64,000 nucleotides of DNA from a virus. The notes under the pieces are model-generated. The model was not told the origin of the DNA. It searched no databases and saw only the letters and a program-made list of their open reading frames with translations. The stretch spans positions 15,952 through 79,951 of the IMG/VR virus record IMGVR_UViG_3300025073_000042, one strand, 5' to 3'. Position numbers and translations under genes: made by a program. Numbering within the stretch: the stretch's first letter is position 1; every line of letters starts with the position of its first letter. Below are positions 47,820-57,284 of this stretch, piece by piece.

Positions 47820-48091
47820 TCGTCGCCCACACCGCCTCGGCGAGCACCGTCCACCTCTACGGGTGCGACCGCCGCGAGCCGATCTACCATCCGCGCCTGC
47901 CGAACTTCGTGCGGCGATACGCGCTCCAGGTGCGCGGCGGCAACTACCAGGCTGCCGGCGGCGACCTGCTGATCGCACTGGCGTGGGCGCGGCGCATCGC
48001 GGAGGGCGAGGGGTTGAGCCTGACCGTGACGCGCCCGGTAGCAGACGAGTTGGCTGAGCACGGCATTCATGCTGAACCGAGAGAGGAGTGA
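47816..48091 (+). CDS. Hypothetical protein
   Basis: ATGA overlap with previous stop. Confidence 0.5.
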   Translation: MIVAHTASASTVHLYGCDRREPIYHPRLPNFVRRYALQVRGGNYQAAGGDLLIALAWARRIAEGEGLSLTVTRPVADELAEHGIHAEPREE

Positions 48092-48097
48092 TCCGCC

Positions 48098-49405
48098 ATG
48101 CCCGACGAGCCCGGCCGCATCATCGGATTGCAGGTCGAGAACTTCAAGGGCGTCCGCGCCGTGGAGCTGGCCTTCGACGAGGCCGACCCGTTGACGCTGA
48201 TCGTGGGCGCCAACGACGCGGGGAAAACCTCCGTGATCGACGCCCTGGCCGCCGCGATCGGCGGGGAGCGCCTCTGCCCGGCGGAGCCCATTCGCCGCGG
48301 CGAGGACTCCGCGCAGGCCGTCGTGACCACGGAGCGGTACGTCATCACCCGTCGCTGGTGGCGCAACCGGAAGACGAAGGGCCTGGAGACGGACCTGCGC
48401 GTGACGGGCGCGGACGGCGCGCGCTTCCCATCGCCGCAGGCGCTGCTGGACTCGTTCCTCGGCGACCTGACCTTCGACCCGCTACGGTTCATGGGCCAGA
48501 AGGACGGCGAGCAGCGGGACCGGCTCCTGGAACTGACCGGCCTGGGCGAGCAGCTCGGCGCCTTGGACGCCGCCCGCGAGGCGACGTTCGCCGAGCGCAC
48601 GGAGACGAGCCGCGAAGCGAAGCGGCTGCAGGCCACGCTCGACTCCGAGTACGCCGGGCTGCCCGACGCGAAGCCCGAGGTGCCCGACTCGGCGGCCCTG
48701 GCCGCCAATCAGCGGGCGAACGTGGATGCGCGCGAGGCGCATGGGGCCAAGCAACGGGCGGCGGAGGACGCGCGGGAGCGGCTCGAGGAACGGATCCGGC
48801 AGGTCGTTTCCATCGAGCGACAGATCACCGACCTGGAGGAGGCGCGGCAGAAGGCGGTTGAGGCGCAGGCCTCCGCGAGCGAGGTGTTGACCGCCGCCGA
48901 GGAGTCCGTCGAAGCCTCTACCCTCCCGCCGGTCGAGGACCTCACCTACCAGATCGAAGCGGCGACGGCGGCGCAGGCGACCGCCGACCGCTGGGCGCGG
49001 CGCGAGGCTACACGCGCGGCGCACGCCGCGAAGGCCGCCGAGGCCGATGCGCTCACCGATAAGCTCGAAGAGATCGCTGCCTCGAAGAAGTCGCTCCTGG
49101 CCGGCGCGGACTTTCCCGTGCCGGGTCTGGAGTTCGACGAGGACGGGGTCGTGCGCTTCGAGGGAGTGCCGCTGAAGCAGTGCTCGTCCTCGCAGCAGCT
49201 CCGCGTGAGCATGGCCGTGGGGATGCGGGCGAACCCCGCGCTGAAGATCATGCTCGTGGACGAAGGCGAGAAGCTCGACGCTTCGCGGAAGGCGATCATC
49301 CGCGAACTCGCGGCGGCCGAGGGCTACCAGGTGCTGATGACCTGTGTGGATGAGTCCGCCGGCGCGGTTGGCGTCGTGATCGAAGACGGCACGACAAAGG
49401 CGTGA
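48098..49405 (+). CDS. SMC/Rad50-like AAA ATPase
   Basis: VENFKGV, Walker A GANDAGKTS, coiled coil, signature-like SSSQQ and Walker B MLVDEGE. Confidence 0.85.
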   Translation: MPDEPGRIIGLQVENFKGVRAVELAFDEADPLTLIVGANDAGKTSVIDALAAAIGGERLCPAEPIRRGEDSAQAVVTTERYVITRRWWRNRKTKGLETDLRVTGADGARFPSPQALLDSFLGDLTFDPLRFMGQKDGEQRDRLLELTGLGEQLGALDAAREATFAERTETSREAKRLQATLDSEYAGLPDAKPEVPDSAALAANQRANVDAREAHGAKQRAAEDARERLEERIRQVVSIERQITDLEEARQKAVEAQASASEVLTAAEESVEASTLPPVEDLTYQIEAATAAQATADRWARREATRAAHAAKAAEADALTDKLEEIAASKKSLLAGADFPVPGLEFDEDGVVRFEGVPLKQCSSSQQLRVSMAVGMRANPALKIMLVDEGEKLDASRKAIIRELAAAEGYQVLMTCVDESAGAVGVVIEDGTTKA

Positions 49406-49449
49406 TAATGAATCGAGGGGCGCGACTCCAAACGCGCGGGAGGAAGAAC

Positions 49450-49971
49450 ATGGGCAAGCTGCAAGGGTTGACAGAGGCGCTTACCAATGCGAGGACTGGT
49501 CTCGCTGAGGAATTGAAGCGCCACGAGCAAGAGGTCCGACGTATACGTGGTGACATCGCCACCCTGGAGTCCGGTATCACGATGGAAGCGGGCGGCCTGA
49601 ACTTGGCGCGCGTGTCGCGCGGATCGGCTATCGTCTACGTGGAGGGGACGATCACCGACGCCCGGCTACCGTTACTCCGCGAGGCAATGGCCGAGGTCGC
49701 AAAGCCGAACTGCGGTGAACTGCAACATCAGTACATCGGCCTTAAGAACTACGACCGATTCGTTGGGCAGCGCGAGGATCACAGGTACGGTATGGCTCCG
49801 CGTCACGGTTCTACCGTCTTCTGCATTGGCCTGAAACGCGCCGCTCGGGAACGCGACCTCACCGAGCAGGAGGTCGAAGATGCTCTCTACTGGCTGGCGA
49901 ACGCTCAGAAGATCAAGGCGGCGGAGTGCTCCGGTCGGGAGAGTGCCAGCATCCCAGCAATGAAGGCGTAA
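49450..49971 (+). CDS. Hypothetical protein
   Basis: SD GGAGG. Confidence 0.6.
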   Translation: MGKLQGLTEALTNARTGLAEELKRHEQEVRRIRGDIATLESGITMEAGGLNLARVSRGSAIVYVEGTITDARLPLLREAMAEVAKPNCGELQHQYIGLKNYDRFVGQREDHRYGMAPRHGSTVFCIGLKRAARERDLTEQEVEDALYWLANAQKIKAAECSGRESASIPAMKA

Positions 49972-50115
49972 GTCTTCCCGCCTCGATGCTGAGGCGAGAG
50001 CCCGGCAGGGGATGGGAACGGAGTTAGGCCCTCCGCAGGTGGTTTCTCAGGGAGATCACCGACCCATCCCCCGGCCAGCCGGGCCGACTGAAACCACAAG
50101 AAGGGCGGTAGACAC

Positions 50116-50388
50116 ATGAGCAAGACCAAGCAGCCGGAGTACCCGAAGACGCCAGTCATGGAGGCCTGGGAGATCAAGTGCCTCGGTGGTCGCGACCTGC
50201 GCGAGTACCTGCGCGAGGCGCGCTTCGGGCGCGGCATGGGCCGCGTGGCGATTGCGCGTGAGCTACAGGCGAAGGCCCGCGTGGCCGGGCACAAGGACTT
50301 CAGCGTGTCTGACTCCACGGTGGGCTTCGCGCTCAACCACCTCGGCCTCCAGTCCAGCAAGCGGTACGAGCCGGTCAACGCCGGCTAA
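50116..50388 (+). CDS. Small HTH-like protein
   Basis: MGRVAIARELQ....VSDSTV..AL..LGL. Confidence 0.55.
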   Translation: MSKTKQPEYPKTPVMEAWEIKCLGGRDLREYLREARFGRGMGRVAIARELQAKARVAGHKDFSVSDSTVGFALNHLGLQSSKRYEPVNAG

Positions 50389-50447
50389 GCCGATCCGAGA
50401 GAGAGGTGATCCACTGTGCCCGCATCCAAGCCTGTTTCCGCCGGTGC

Positions 50448-50467
50448 CCTGCCTGCCGGCAGGCAGG
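50448..50467. repeat. 20-bp palindrome CCTGCCTGCCGGCAGGCAGG (copy 2)
   Basis: Identical to 17385-17404. Confidence 0.9.
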
Positions 50468-50902
50468 CCCTTCCCACGCTCAGACCTGAGGACGTGTCGC
50501 TGCATTCTCCCCTGCGCCTGAGCGTCGGAGCCTCGTTCGTCGTGGGGTCCCCTAACAGCGACGGCCTCGTGCGCATCCACTCGCAGCATCGTTCCGAGCG
50601 CACGGCGCAGGCCGTGCGGCTCGCCGACCATCGGGGGAAGCCCGAGGTGCAGGTGTATCGGGTGGAGAGGGGAGAGGGGCAATGATCCTTACTGGAGACA
50701 TTTACCCCGGATTGCATATCCGGAACATCAGAGGTTGGGGGGCCGACAATCTGGTCAATGCTGTGTCCTGCGGAGAGTGGGTAGCGCAACGCTCGAAGCG
50801 TGGGTGGTCCTTTGGCAGCGCCCATCCTCAACCGGGGGAGAAACGTGCGCGTGGCGCTACTCTGGAGGCCGCTATTCAGGCTCGGGCTTGGGAGGTCGCC
50901 CG

Positions 50903-52603
50903 ATGACCTCCCTCTGGCAGCATCAACGCGAGGCGGTCGAGTTCCTGGAGGACAAGCCCGCCGCCATGTGGCAGATGAAGATGCGAACGGGGAAGACCCT
51001 CGCCGCCCTTGTCGGCCTCGCAGCTCGCGGCTGCCGGAACGTCCTCGTGATCTGCCCGAAGTCCGTTGTACCCGTCTGGCCGGAGCAGGCCGAGAAGCAC
51101 CTGCCTGGGCAGTGGCATTGCGTCGGCCTCAGCGCGAAGCTCTCCATCGCAAAGAGAGCGAAGCGCCTCGAAGCCGAGCGAGCGATGGCCGCGCAGATCG
51201 GCAAGCCTCTCCTGGTCTCCACGCTGTACCAGTCGATCATCCACGAGCCTCTGGAGTCGCTCCTGACCCGGGGCGGATGGGATGCGCTTATACTCGATGA
51301 GAGCCACCATGCAAAGGCGCCCGACGGCCGCATCAGCAAGGTCTGCTGGGACATCGCACGACAGACGCCGAACCGCCTCGCCCTTACCGGCACGATGATG
51401 CCGCACTCTCCGCTCGATGCTTTCGCGCAGTTCCGTTGCCTTGACGAGTCGATCTTCGGTACGAGTTTCGCCCTGCACCGCGCCCGGTACGCTAAGCTGG
51501 CCGACGGCTACCGCAAGACGAACGATCAACCGGCCTGGGGCGATCCCTGGCCTAACGATGTGCGTAGCGCGGTCGCAGACGCGCGGGCGTGCGTATGGGC
51601 TCCGCGCGTCGTTCCGAGCCGCTTGCAGAAGTGGTCGCGGCTCTGCGCAGTCGAGGCGGCGCTCGGCGTCCCGCTGCGCGTGTGGCTCACGCGGCAAGCC
51701 TTCGGCGAGAAGCGAACCATCGAGGAATGCGCCCAAGACCTGAAGGTCCCCGTCTGGGAACTCATCAAGGGCTGGCTCCCTGAGTTGGGCCTCGCGCACT
51801 TCCGCAGCACGGACGGCTTCAAGGACTTGGATGAACACGGCGAACGCCTGAGCCGGATCACCTTCCGCTGCGATACGGAGGACGTGTTTGACCTGCCGCC
51901 CGAGGAGACGGTCCTGCGGTACTGCACATTGGGGCGCGAGGGGCGGCGGTTGTACGACGACATGGAGCAGAACCTCGCGGCCGAGATCCGGGAGGGGAAG
52001 GTTACGGCATCCAACGGGCTCTCCAGGCTTGTGCGTTTGCAGCAGATCGCGAACGGATGGCTGCCCATCGAGGGAGCACCGCAGCGCGTGGATCGCGCGA
52101 AGGCAGAACTGTTCTCCGAGGTCATGGAGGACTTCCAGCCTCCTACGGATTGGCAAGCGGGGGAGCCGGTCGTTGTTTTTGGTCAACTGCACCGCGACCT
52201 GGACGACATGCACGAAGAGGCGCGGAAGCTGGGGCACCTGACCGACGAACTCTCGGGCCGCGCAGACATCGACTCCGGGGGATGCGCTGCCTGGAAGGCC
52301 GGCCGGTCGAACGTGCTCGTGTCGCATCCGCAGTCTGGCGGAGAAGGCATCGACTTGTCTCGTTCTTGCTATGCCGTATACTACACGCTGGGGTGGAAGT
52401 GGGGAGAGCAGGATCAGTCGCGGTGGCGCATCTATGGGCCGGATCAGACTCGTCCGGTGACGTACTACTACCTGCTCGCCGAGAATACCATCGACGAGAT
52501 CAAACTCGAAGCCTTGGAGAAGAAGGAAGACGTGGTGAGCTACGCGCTCGACAAGATCGCAAACCGTGCGACGAAGACGGCCCCGGCCAGACGCGGCCCG
52601 TGA
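50903..52603 (+). CDS. SNF2-family (SF2) helicase
   Basis: LWQHQ, RTGKT, DESHH, LTGT, LVRLQQI, GGEGIDL and QSRWRI. Confidence 0.9.
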   Translation: MTSLWQHQREAVEFLEDKPAAMWQMKMRTGKTLAALVGLAARGCRNVLVICPKSVVPVWPEQAEKHLPGQWHCVGLSAKLSIAKRAKRLEAERAMAAQIGKPLLVSTLYQSIIHEPLESLLTRGGWDALILDESHHAKAPDGRISKVCWDIARQTPNRLALTGTMMPHSPLDAFAQFRCLDESIFGTSFALHRARYAKLADGYRKTNDQPAWGDPWPNDVRSAVADARACVWAPRVVPSRLQKWSRLCAVEAALGVPLRVWLTRQAFGEKRTIEECAQDLKVPVWELIKGWLPELGLAHFRSTDGFKDLDEHGERLSRITFRCDTEDVFDLPPEETVLRYCTLGREGRRLYDDMEQNLAAEIREGKVTASNGLSRLVRLQQIANGWLPIEGAPQRVDRAKAELFSEVMEDFQPPTDWQAGEPVVVFGQLHRDLDDMHEEARKLGHLTDELSGRADIDSGGCAAWKAGRSNVLVSHPQSGGEGIDLSRSCYAVYYTLGWKWGEQDQSRWRIYGPDQTRPVTYYYLLAENTIDEIKLEALEKKEDVVSYALDKIANRATKTAPARRGP

Positions 52604-52712
52604 CCTACATCCACCTCGTCGCCGAGGGCACCGTGGACGAAACGATCCTCGAAGCCCTAGCAGCGAAGGAAGACGTGGTGCGGTACGTGGTCGATGGGTT
52701 GCGGAGGAAGCC

Positions 52713-52741
52713 TTGACGCTCTGTCAACATTGTGCTATACT
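52713..52741 (+). promoter_or_regulatory. Promoter with TTGAC-N5-GTCAA palindrome
   Basis: TTGACG-17-TATACT; TTGACGCTCTGTCAA. Confidence 0.7.
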
Positions 52742-52777
52742 GAGCCGACGCCGAACGAGAGAGGAGCGTGATCCGCT

Positions 52778-52960
52778 GTGGCCCGCAAGGAAGTGCAGAT
52801 GACCCCGCGTTGCCCCTCGTGCCGTAGGCCGATGAACGATCAGTATGACACCGAGGCCGAGGAACCCTTCTGGTGGTGCGAGCACTGCGACCTTACCTTC
52901 GAGATCGGCGGACAGGATGAAACGGTCTATATGACCAGCGTCGTAGAGAGAGGAGCGTGA
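52778..52960 (+). CDS. Small zinc-ribbon protein
   Basis: CPSC...CEHC. Confidence 0.55.
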   Translation: MARKEVQMTPRCPSCRRPMNDQYDTEAEEPFWWCEHCDLTFEIGGQDETVYMTSVVERGA

Positions 52961-52964
52961 TCCT

Positions 52965-53639
52965 GTGGGAGACGAAGATACCATCCGAGACGAGCCGCAA
53001 GCCCCGAGCCGCGCAACGGCGATCATCCGGGCGCTGGCCGAGGACCCCGAACTGCGGGCGTCGGTGAAGCAAGCCCTGGCCGCCGAGCCAGGCGGGCTGG
53101 ACACGGGCCTGCTGCGAGCCTACAAGGACGCGGCGCTCGCGTACCGCGAGGCGTCGGCGGTAGCGAAGGCCGCCGGCGAGGTGAAGGCCGGGCTGGAGCA
53201 GGAGGTTGGCGACCACATGGCCCTGGACGGGTCCTGGAAGTGGTCGGACGGGGAGGTCACGCTGTCCTGCAACGAGTTCCGCTTCGCCGCCTTCCCTGAG
53301 GGGAAGGAAGAGGCGGTCCACCGGCTGCGGAAGACGGACTGGGATGCGATCCGTCGGATCGCGCTCGCCATCGGCACCCTCCCGATGGACGAGAAGCAGG
53401 CCTTCGAGCAACTCATCCTCGCCCTCGTCGGCGATGAAACGGGCGCGTTCCTGAAGCTCGACTTCAACGCCGCCTCCCTCTCCGCCTACATCCGCGAGCG
53501 CGTGGAGCGGGCCGAGGCGGAGGCGAAGCGCGCGGGCCGGGTCTTGGCCGACGAGCAGGATGCGCTGCCAGCTGATTGGAAGGGGGTGATCGATGTCGGC
53601 TCGAAGTGGCGCGTCGGCGTTACGGCGAGCAAACGGTAG
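52965..53639 (+). CDS. Hypothetical replication-module protein
   Basis: SD AGAGGAG; helical. Confidence 0.6.
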   Translation: MGDEDTIRDEPQAPSRATAIIRALAEDPELRASVKQALAAEPGGLDTGLLRAYKDAALAYREASAVAKAAGEVKAGLEQEVGDHMALDGSWKWSDGEVTLSCNEFRFAAFPEGKEEAVHRLRKTDWDAIRRIALAIGTLPMDEKQAFEQLILALVGDETGAFLKLDFNAASLSAYIRERVERAEAEAKRAGRVLADEQDALPADWKGVIDVGSKWRVGVTASKR

Positions 53640-53764
53640 TCATACCCCGCCGGGGCGGCGAGCGGGGACTCCTCGCACGGAGAGGCCCTCCCCCAAAGCG
53701 CCAACCCTGCCGAGACCCGCTTCGGCGGGACCCAACACCACAACCCGAGAGAGAGGTGCTCCAC

Positions 53765-54607
53765 ATGCCGAAGACGACCGAGACAGCCCTGGCAAAGCCC
53801 GAGGAGTTCGGCCCCCTGACGCAGATCGCGGAGGCCGTGGACGACCTGCAGGAGAGTTTCGCGGAGAACGTCGGCGGGGGGATCACGCTGTTCGACCTGG
53901 ACCAGCTCCAGGTGCCCGCCGGCGGAGGTCAGACGTGGGCGGTCGAGACGTTGACGGGCGTCGAGGCAGTCACGAAGCTGCGCGGGGTTCTGCTCCACGT
54001 TCAGCAGGCCCGGCAGTTCTACCAGTCCAGCGATGCCACGGAGGGGACCCCGCCGGACTGCGCGAGCGCGGACGGCGCGAACGGCCTCGGGGATCGCGGC
54101 CTGCCGAACGATGGCGAGGGGCCCTTCGACTGCGCCACCTGCCCCCGCGCGCAGTGGGGCAGTTCCGAAGGCAAGGGCGGGGAGCCGGGACGCGGGCAGG
54201 CGTGCAAGCAGCGCCTTCACGTCCTGTTCCTCCACGAGCTGGGCGGGTCGATGCCGTCGTTCCTCTCCGTGCCGCCGACGAGCCTCAAGCCCCTGAAGCG
54301 GTACCTTATCAAGCTGGCTGGCAGCGGCAAGCGGCTCTACGCGGTCCTGACCGAGATCGGCCTGGAGAAGGCGACCTCCGGTTCCGGGATCGGATACTCG
54401 CGCTGCACGTTCGCGTATGCGGGCGACCTGGCCCCCTCGGAGGCCGTCGTATCCGGCAAGCTGCGCGCCTCGCTGATGAGCGTCGTGACGCGCGGGGTGC
54501 CCACGGCCCCACAGGTCGCTCCCGAGGAGTCGGCTCCCGAGACCATCGATGCGCCGCCCGCCTCCGTGCCCGCCGACCCGGACACCGACCCCGACGCCCC
54601 TGAGTAG
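53765..54607 (+). CDS. Putative ssDNA-binding/annealing protein
   Basis: P.C.S.DG..G...C.TCP..QWGS...G.GQACK, VPPTSLK and acidic tail; in replication module. Confidence 0.65.
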   Translation: MPKTTETALAKPEEFGPLTQIAEAVDDLQESFAENVGGGITLFDLDQLQVPAGGGQTWAVETLTGVEAVTKLRGVLLHVQQARQFYQSSDATEGTPPDCASADGANGLGDRGLPNDGEGPFDCATCPRAQWGSSEGKGGEPGRGQACKQRLHVLFLHELGGSMPSFLSVPPTSLKPLKRYLIKLAGSGKRLYAVLTEIGLEKATSGSGIGYSRCTFAYAGDLAPSEAVVSGKLRASLMSVVTRGVPTAPQVAPEESAPETIDAPPASVPADPDTDPDAPE

Positions 54608-54687
54608 GCGGCGCCTCCACCCGCCCCGCGCGGGGGTCCTCGGCCGGGGACCCCCGCGCTTCCCACCCCACTAACGGAGGCGCCCGA

Positions 54688-56487
54688 GTGGACCCACAGC
54701 AACAGTGTCAGCACTTCCTCCGCACCTTGTACGGCGACCTGCCCGAGGGCATGTGGTTTCACCTCTGGGCGCCGGACAAGCGCACGCGCTGGTTCCGCTC
54801 GGCGGACGAGGCAGCGGCCTGGGCGCTCGCCGAGGCGGAGCGCCAGGACGTGTACTGTGGCGTCGCTCTGGCGGAGCATCCCATCGGCGAGGTGCTCAAC
54901 CCCGGCGGTTCGCCCGTCGAGACGCAGCGGCGCATCACGATCAAGGCCTCGGCGGCCGTCGTCGGGATGATCGCCGATCTCGACTTCGCGAGCGAGGAGC
55001 ACCCCGACCGCCCGCCGGACGAGGCGGCGGCGCTCGAATGGCTCGCGGGCTGCGTCCTGCGGCCGACGGCCATCGTGCGGAGCGGGCACGGGCTACATGT
55101 GTGGTGGTTGCACAAGGAGCCGTGGGTGTTCGGCTCCGACGAGGAGCGGGCCCACGCCATCGCCCTGCGGCGCGGCTGGCACAACGCCCTGCTCCTGAAG
55201 CTCGACGAGCACGGCTGGGGCGCGGACTCGGTACACGATCTCTCGCGTGTCCTGCGGGTCGCGGGTACGGCGAACCACAAGCAGCCCCCGCCGGTCCCGG
55301 TCAAGCTGCTGGATCTGGACGACGCGGCGCGCTACGAACCGGAGGACTTCGAGGAGTTCGCCCTCGGCGACGAGTATGTGCCCAAGCGCGTCCTGAGCAA
55401 GCCGCCCGCACTCCCGCGGGAGCGCCCGACGCGCGGCTGGAAGTGGGAGGACGTGGCTCCGCTCCTGAAGCTCAACGAGCCGTTCCCTCACGGTCTGCAC
55501 GAAGCGCTATGCGCGAACAGCCCGGAGTACAAGGCCACCTGGGATCACAAGCGCACGGACATGACCAACCGGAGCCTGTCGCAGTGGGACCTGGCCCTGG
55601 CGAACTTCGTGGCCGTCGCCGGCTGGAGCCCCTCGGAGATCGGAGCGCTGCTCCGGGATCATCGCACGCGGCACGGCGACCCGAAGGAGAAGGGTGGGCG
55701 CGCCGACTACCTCGCGCGGACCATCGCGACGGCGCTCAACGGCGTGGAGGACGACGAGGTTGATTCCGAGCTGCAACGCTTCTCTCAGGACCCCCCGGAG
55801 CGCAAGGACGTGGACGAGCGGGCGAAGGCCATCGCGATGATCGGTAAGAAGCTCGACATCGGCCTGGAGAACATCCAGCGCGTGTCGGGCACGCCGCCGG
55901 TATACCTGTTCTGGGCCGAGGGGAAGTGCGCGCCGCTCAAGGCCGAGCAGGTCGTTCAGCAGAGCACCGTCCAGGGGGCGCTGTTCACGATCTGCGGGCG
56001 TCTGCCGCGCAGCGTGGATAAGACCGAGAAGCCCTCATGGCGCGACCTCGTGAACCTGATCGCGAAGGTCGCCGAGGAGCTGGACGCCGGGGAGGACGCG
56101 ACGTTCCTGGGCGAGTTGGGCGGGCTGCTGAACCACGTTGTCGAGGTCATGGGCGGGATGCGCCGCCAGGAGTCGGGGGCTCCGGTCGAAGAGCCGCACC
56201 GGCCCTTCATCCGCGACGGCCGGACGTGGTTCCGCACGGCGGGATTGATGAACCATCTGCCGGCCATCGGGCTGCGACTGACGCAGCGCGAACTCTGCCA
56301 GCGGCTCAAGGCGATGGGGGCGGTCTACACCTCACACCACTGCAAGCCGCCGGGGGCGAAGGGCGCGGACGGGAAGACGGAGTGCCTGAAGTTCTGGGGC
56401 ATCGCAGCGGTGAAGCAGGCGGACGTGGTGGACGCCCTTCCGACTGGATCGGGAGCCGACCAGGCAGCGATGCTCGAAGGGAGGTGA
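54688..56487 (+). CDS. AEP / RepB-like DNA primase
   Basis: ADLD, SGHGLHVWW and DLSRVLRVAGT.N.K. Confidence 0.8.
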   Translation: MDPQQQCQHFLRTLYGDLPEGMWFHLWAPDKRTRWFRSADEAAAWALAEAERQDVYCGVALAEHPIGEVLNPGGSPVETQRRITIKASAAVVGMIADLDFASEEHPDRPPDEAAALEWLAGCVLRPTAIVRSGHGLHVWWLHKEPWVFGSDEERAHAIALRRGWHNALLLKLDEHGWGADSVHDLSRVLRVAGTANHKQPPPVPVKLLDLDDAARYEPEDFEEFALGDEYVPKRVLSKPPALPRERPTRGWKWEDVAPLLKLNEPFPHGLHEALCANSPEYKATWDHKRTDMTNRSLSQWDLALANFVAVAGWSPSEIGALLRDHRTRHGDPKEKGGRADYLARTIATALNGVEDDEVDSELQRFSQDPPERKDVDERAKAIAMIGKKLDIGLENIQRVSGTPPVYLFWAEGKCAPLKAEQVVQQSTVQGALFTICGRLPRSVDKTEKPSWRDLVNLIAKVAEELDAGEDATFLGELGGLLNHVVEVMGGMRRQESGAPVEEPHRPFIRDGRTWFRTAGLMNHLPAIGLRLTQRELCQRLKAMGAVYTSHHCKPPGAKGADGKTECLKFWGIAAVKQADVVDALPTGSGADQAAMLEGR

Positions 56488-56611
56488 GGGGAACGATGGA
56501 GCCGTTCGCGACGGTTGACGAAGCGACGCTCTACGGGGGGGGACGCCCGGGAAGCTCCACGTCGCCGCCGCGAGAGCCGGGTAGGGGACGCTGAACTTGG
56601 AGGTGTGACCC

Positions 56612-56833
56612 GTGAGCTATCCCGGCCAGATCGCCAGCCGCCGCAAGCGCGAGCAGTGGGCGTCGTTCGTCGCCGAGTTCCGCCGCCGGCAGGCCGAGGC
56701 CCTGCGCCCGCCGGAGCGACCGCAGGCGACCGACGCCATCTGGAGCAAGACCAGCCATCCGCGCGCCCGTGCCCCAGAAGCCGGACTCGAAGCCTTCCTC
56801 GTCGGGGCGGGCTGCCGAGTGGAGGGGTACTGA
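56612..56833 (+). CDS. Hypothetical protein
   Basis: SD GGAGGTG. Confidence 0.45.
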   Translation: MSYPGQIASRRKREQWASFVAEFRRRQAEALRPPERPQATDAIWSKTSHPRARAPEAGLEAFLVGAGCRVEGY

Positions 56834-56836
56834 CCC

Positions 56837-57211
56837 ATGCCCCATACCTGGCGGCTCGAAGACGGCCGGTTCGTGCTGCATGGGCGCGGCTCGCTGACCG
56901 AGGCGGAGTTCGGCGCCCTGGCCGAGGACCTCGCCCGGCGCCAGGCGGCGCACGGGCGGGGGCTGAGGTCTACGACAGGGCTGGCCGAGACCGTCGCACG
57001 GCGGGACCGGCGCTGCGTGGAGAAGCTGGCGGAGGTGTTCGGGAAGGCCAGGGAGCAGGAGCACTCCTTCGCGGTAACAGGCCTGCTGTACGACGCCCTG
57101 AAGGCCCTGCGCCTCGGGCGGTTGGCGCAGAGCGCGGAACGACGGGCGAGGGCCACGCAAACTGTCTCGCCGCCCGCTGCGGGCCCGTCCTGCGCCCTCC
57201 GGGCGAGGTAG
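56837..57211 (+). CDS. Hypothetical protein
   Basis: SD GGAGG. Confidence 0.45.
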   Translation: MPHTWRLEDGRFVLHGRGSLTEAEFGALAEDLARRQAAHGRGLRSTTGLAETVARRDRRCVEKLAEVFGKAREQEHSFAVTGLLYDALKALRLGRLAQSAERRARATQTVSPPAAGPSCALRAR

Positions 57212-57284
57212 GCGGGGTTTGGGGGCGTAGGCGAGGCGGAGGGGCGTAGAATCGATCTACGGGGCGAGAAGGGGGGTGATTGGC

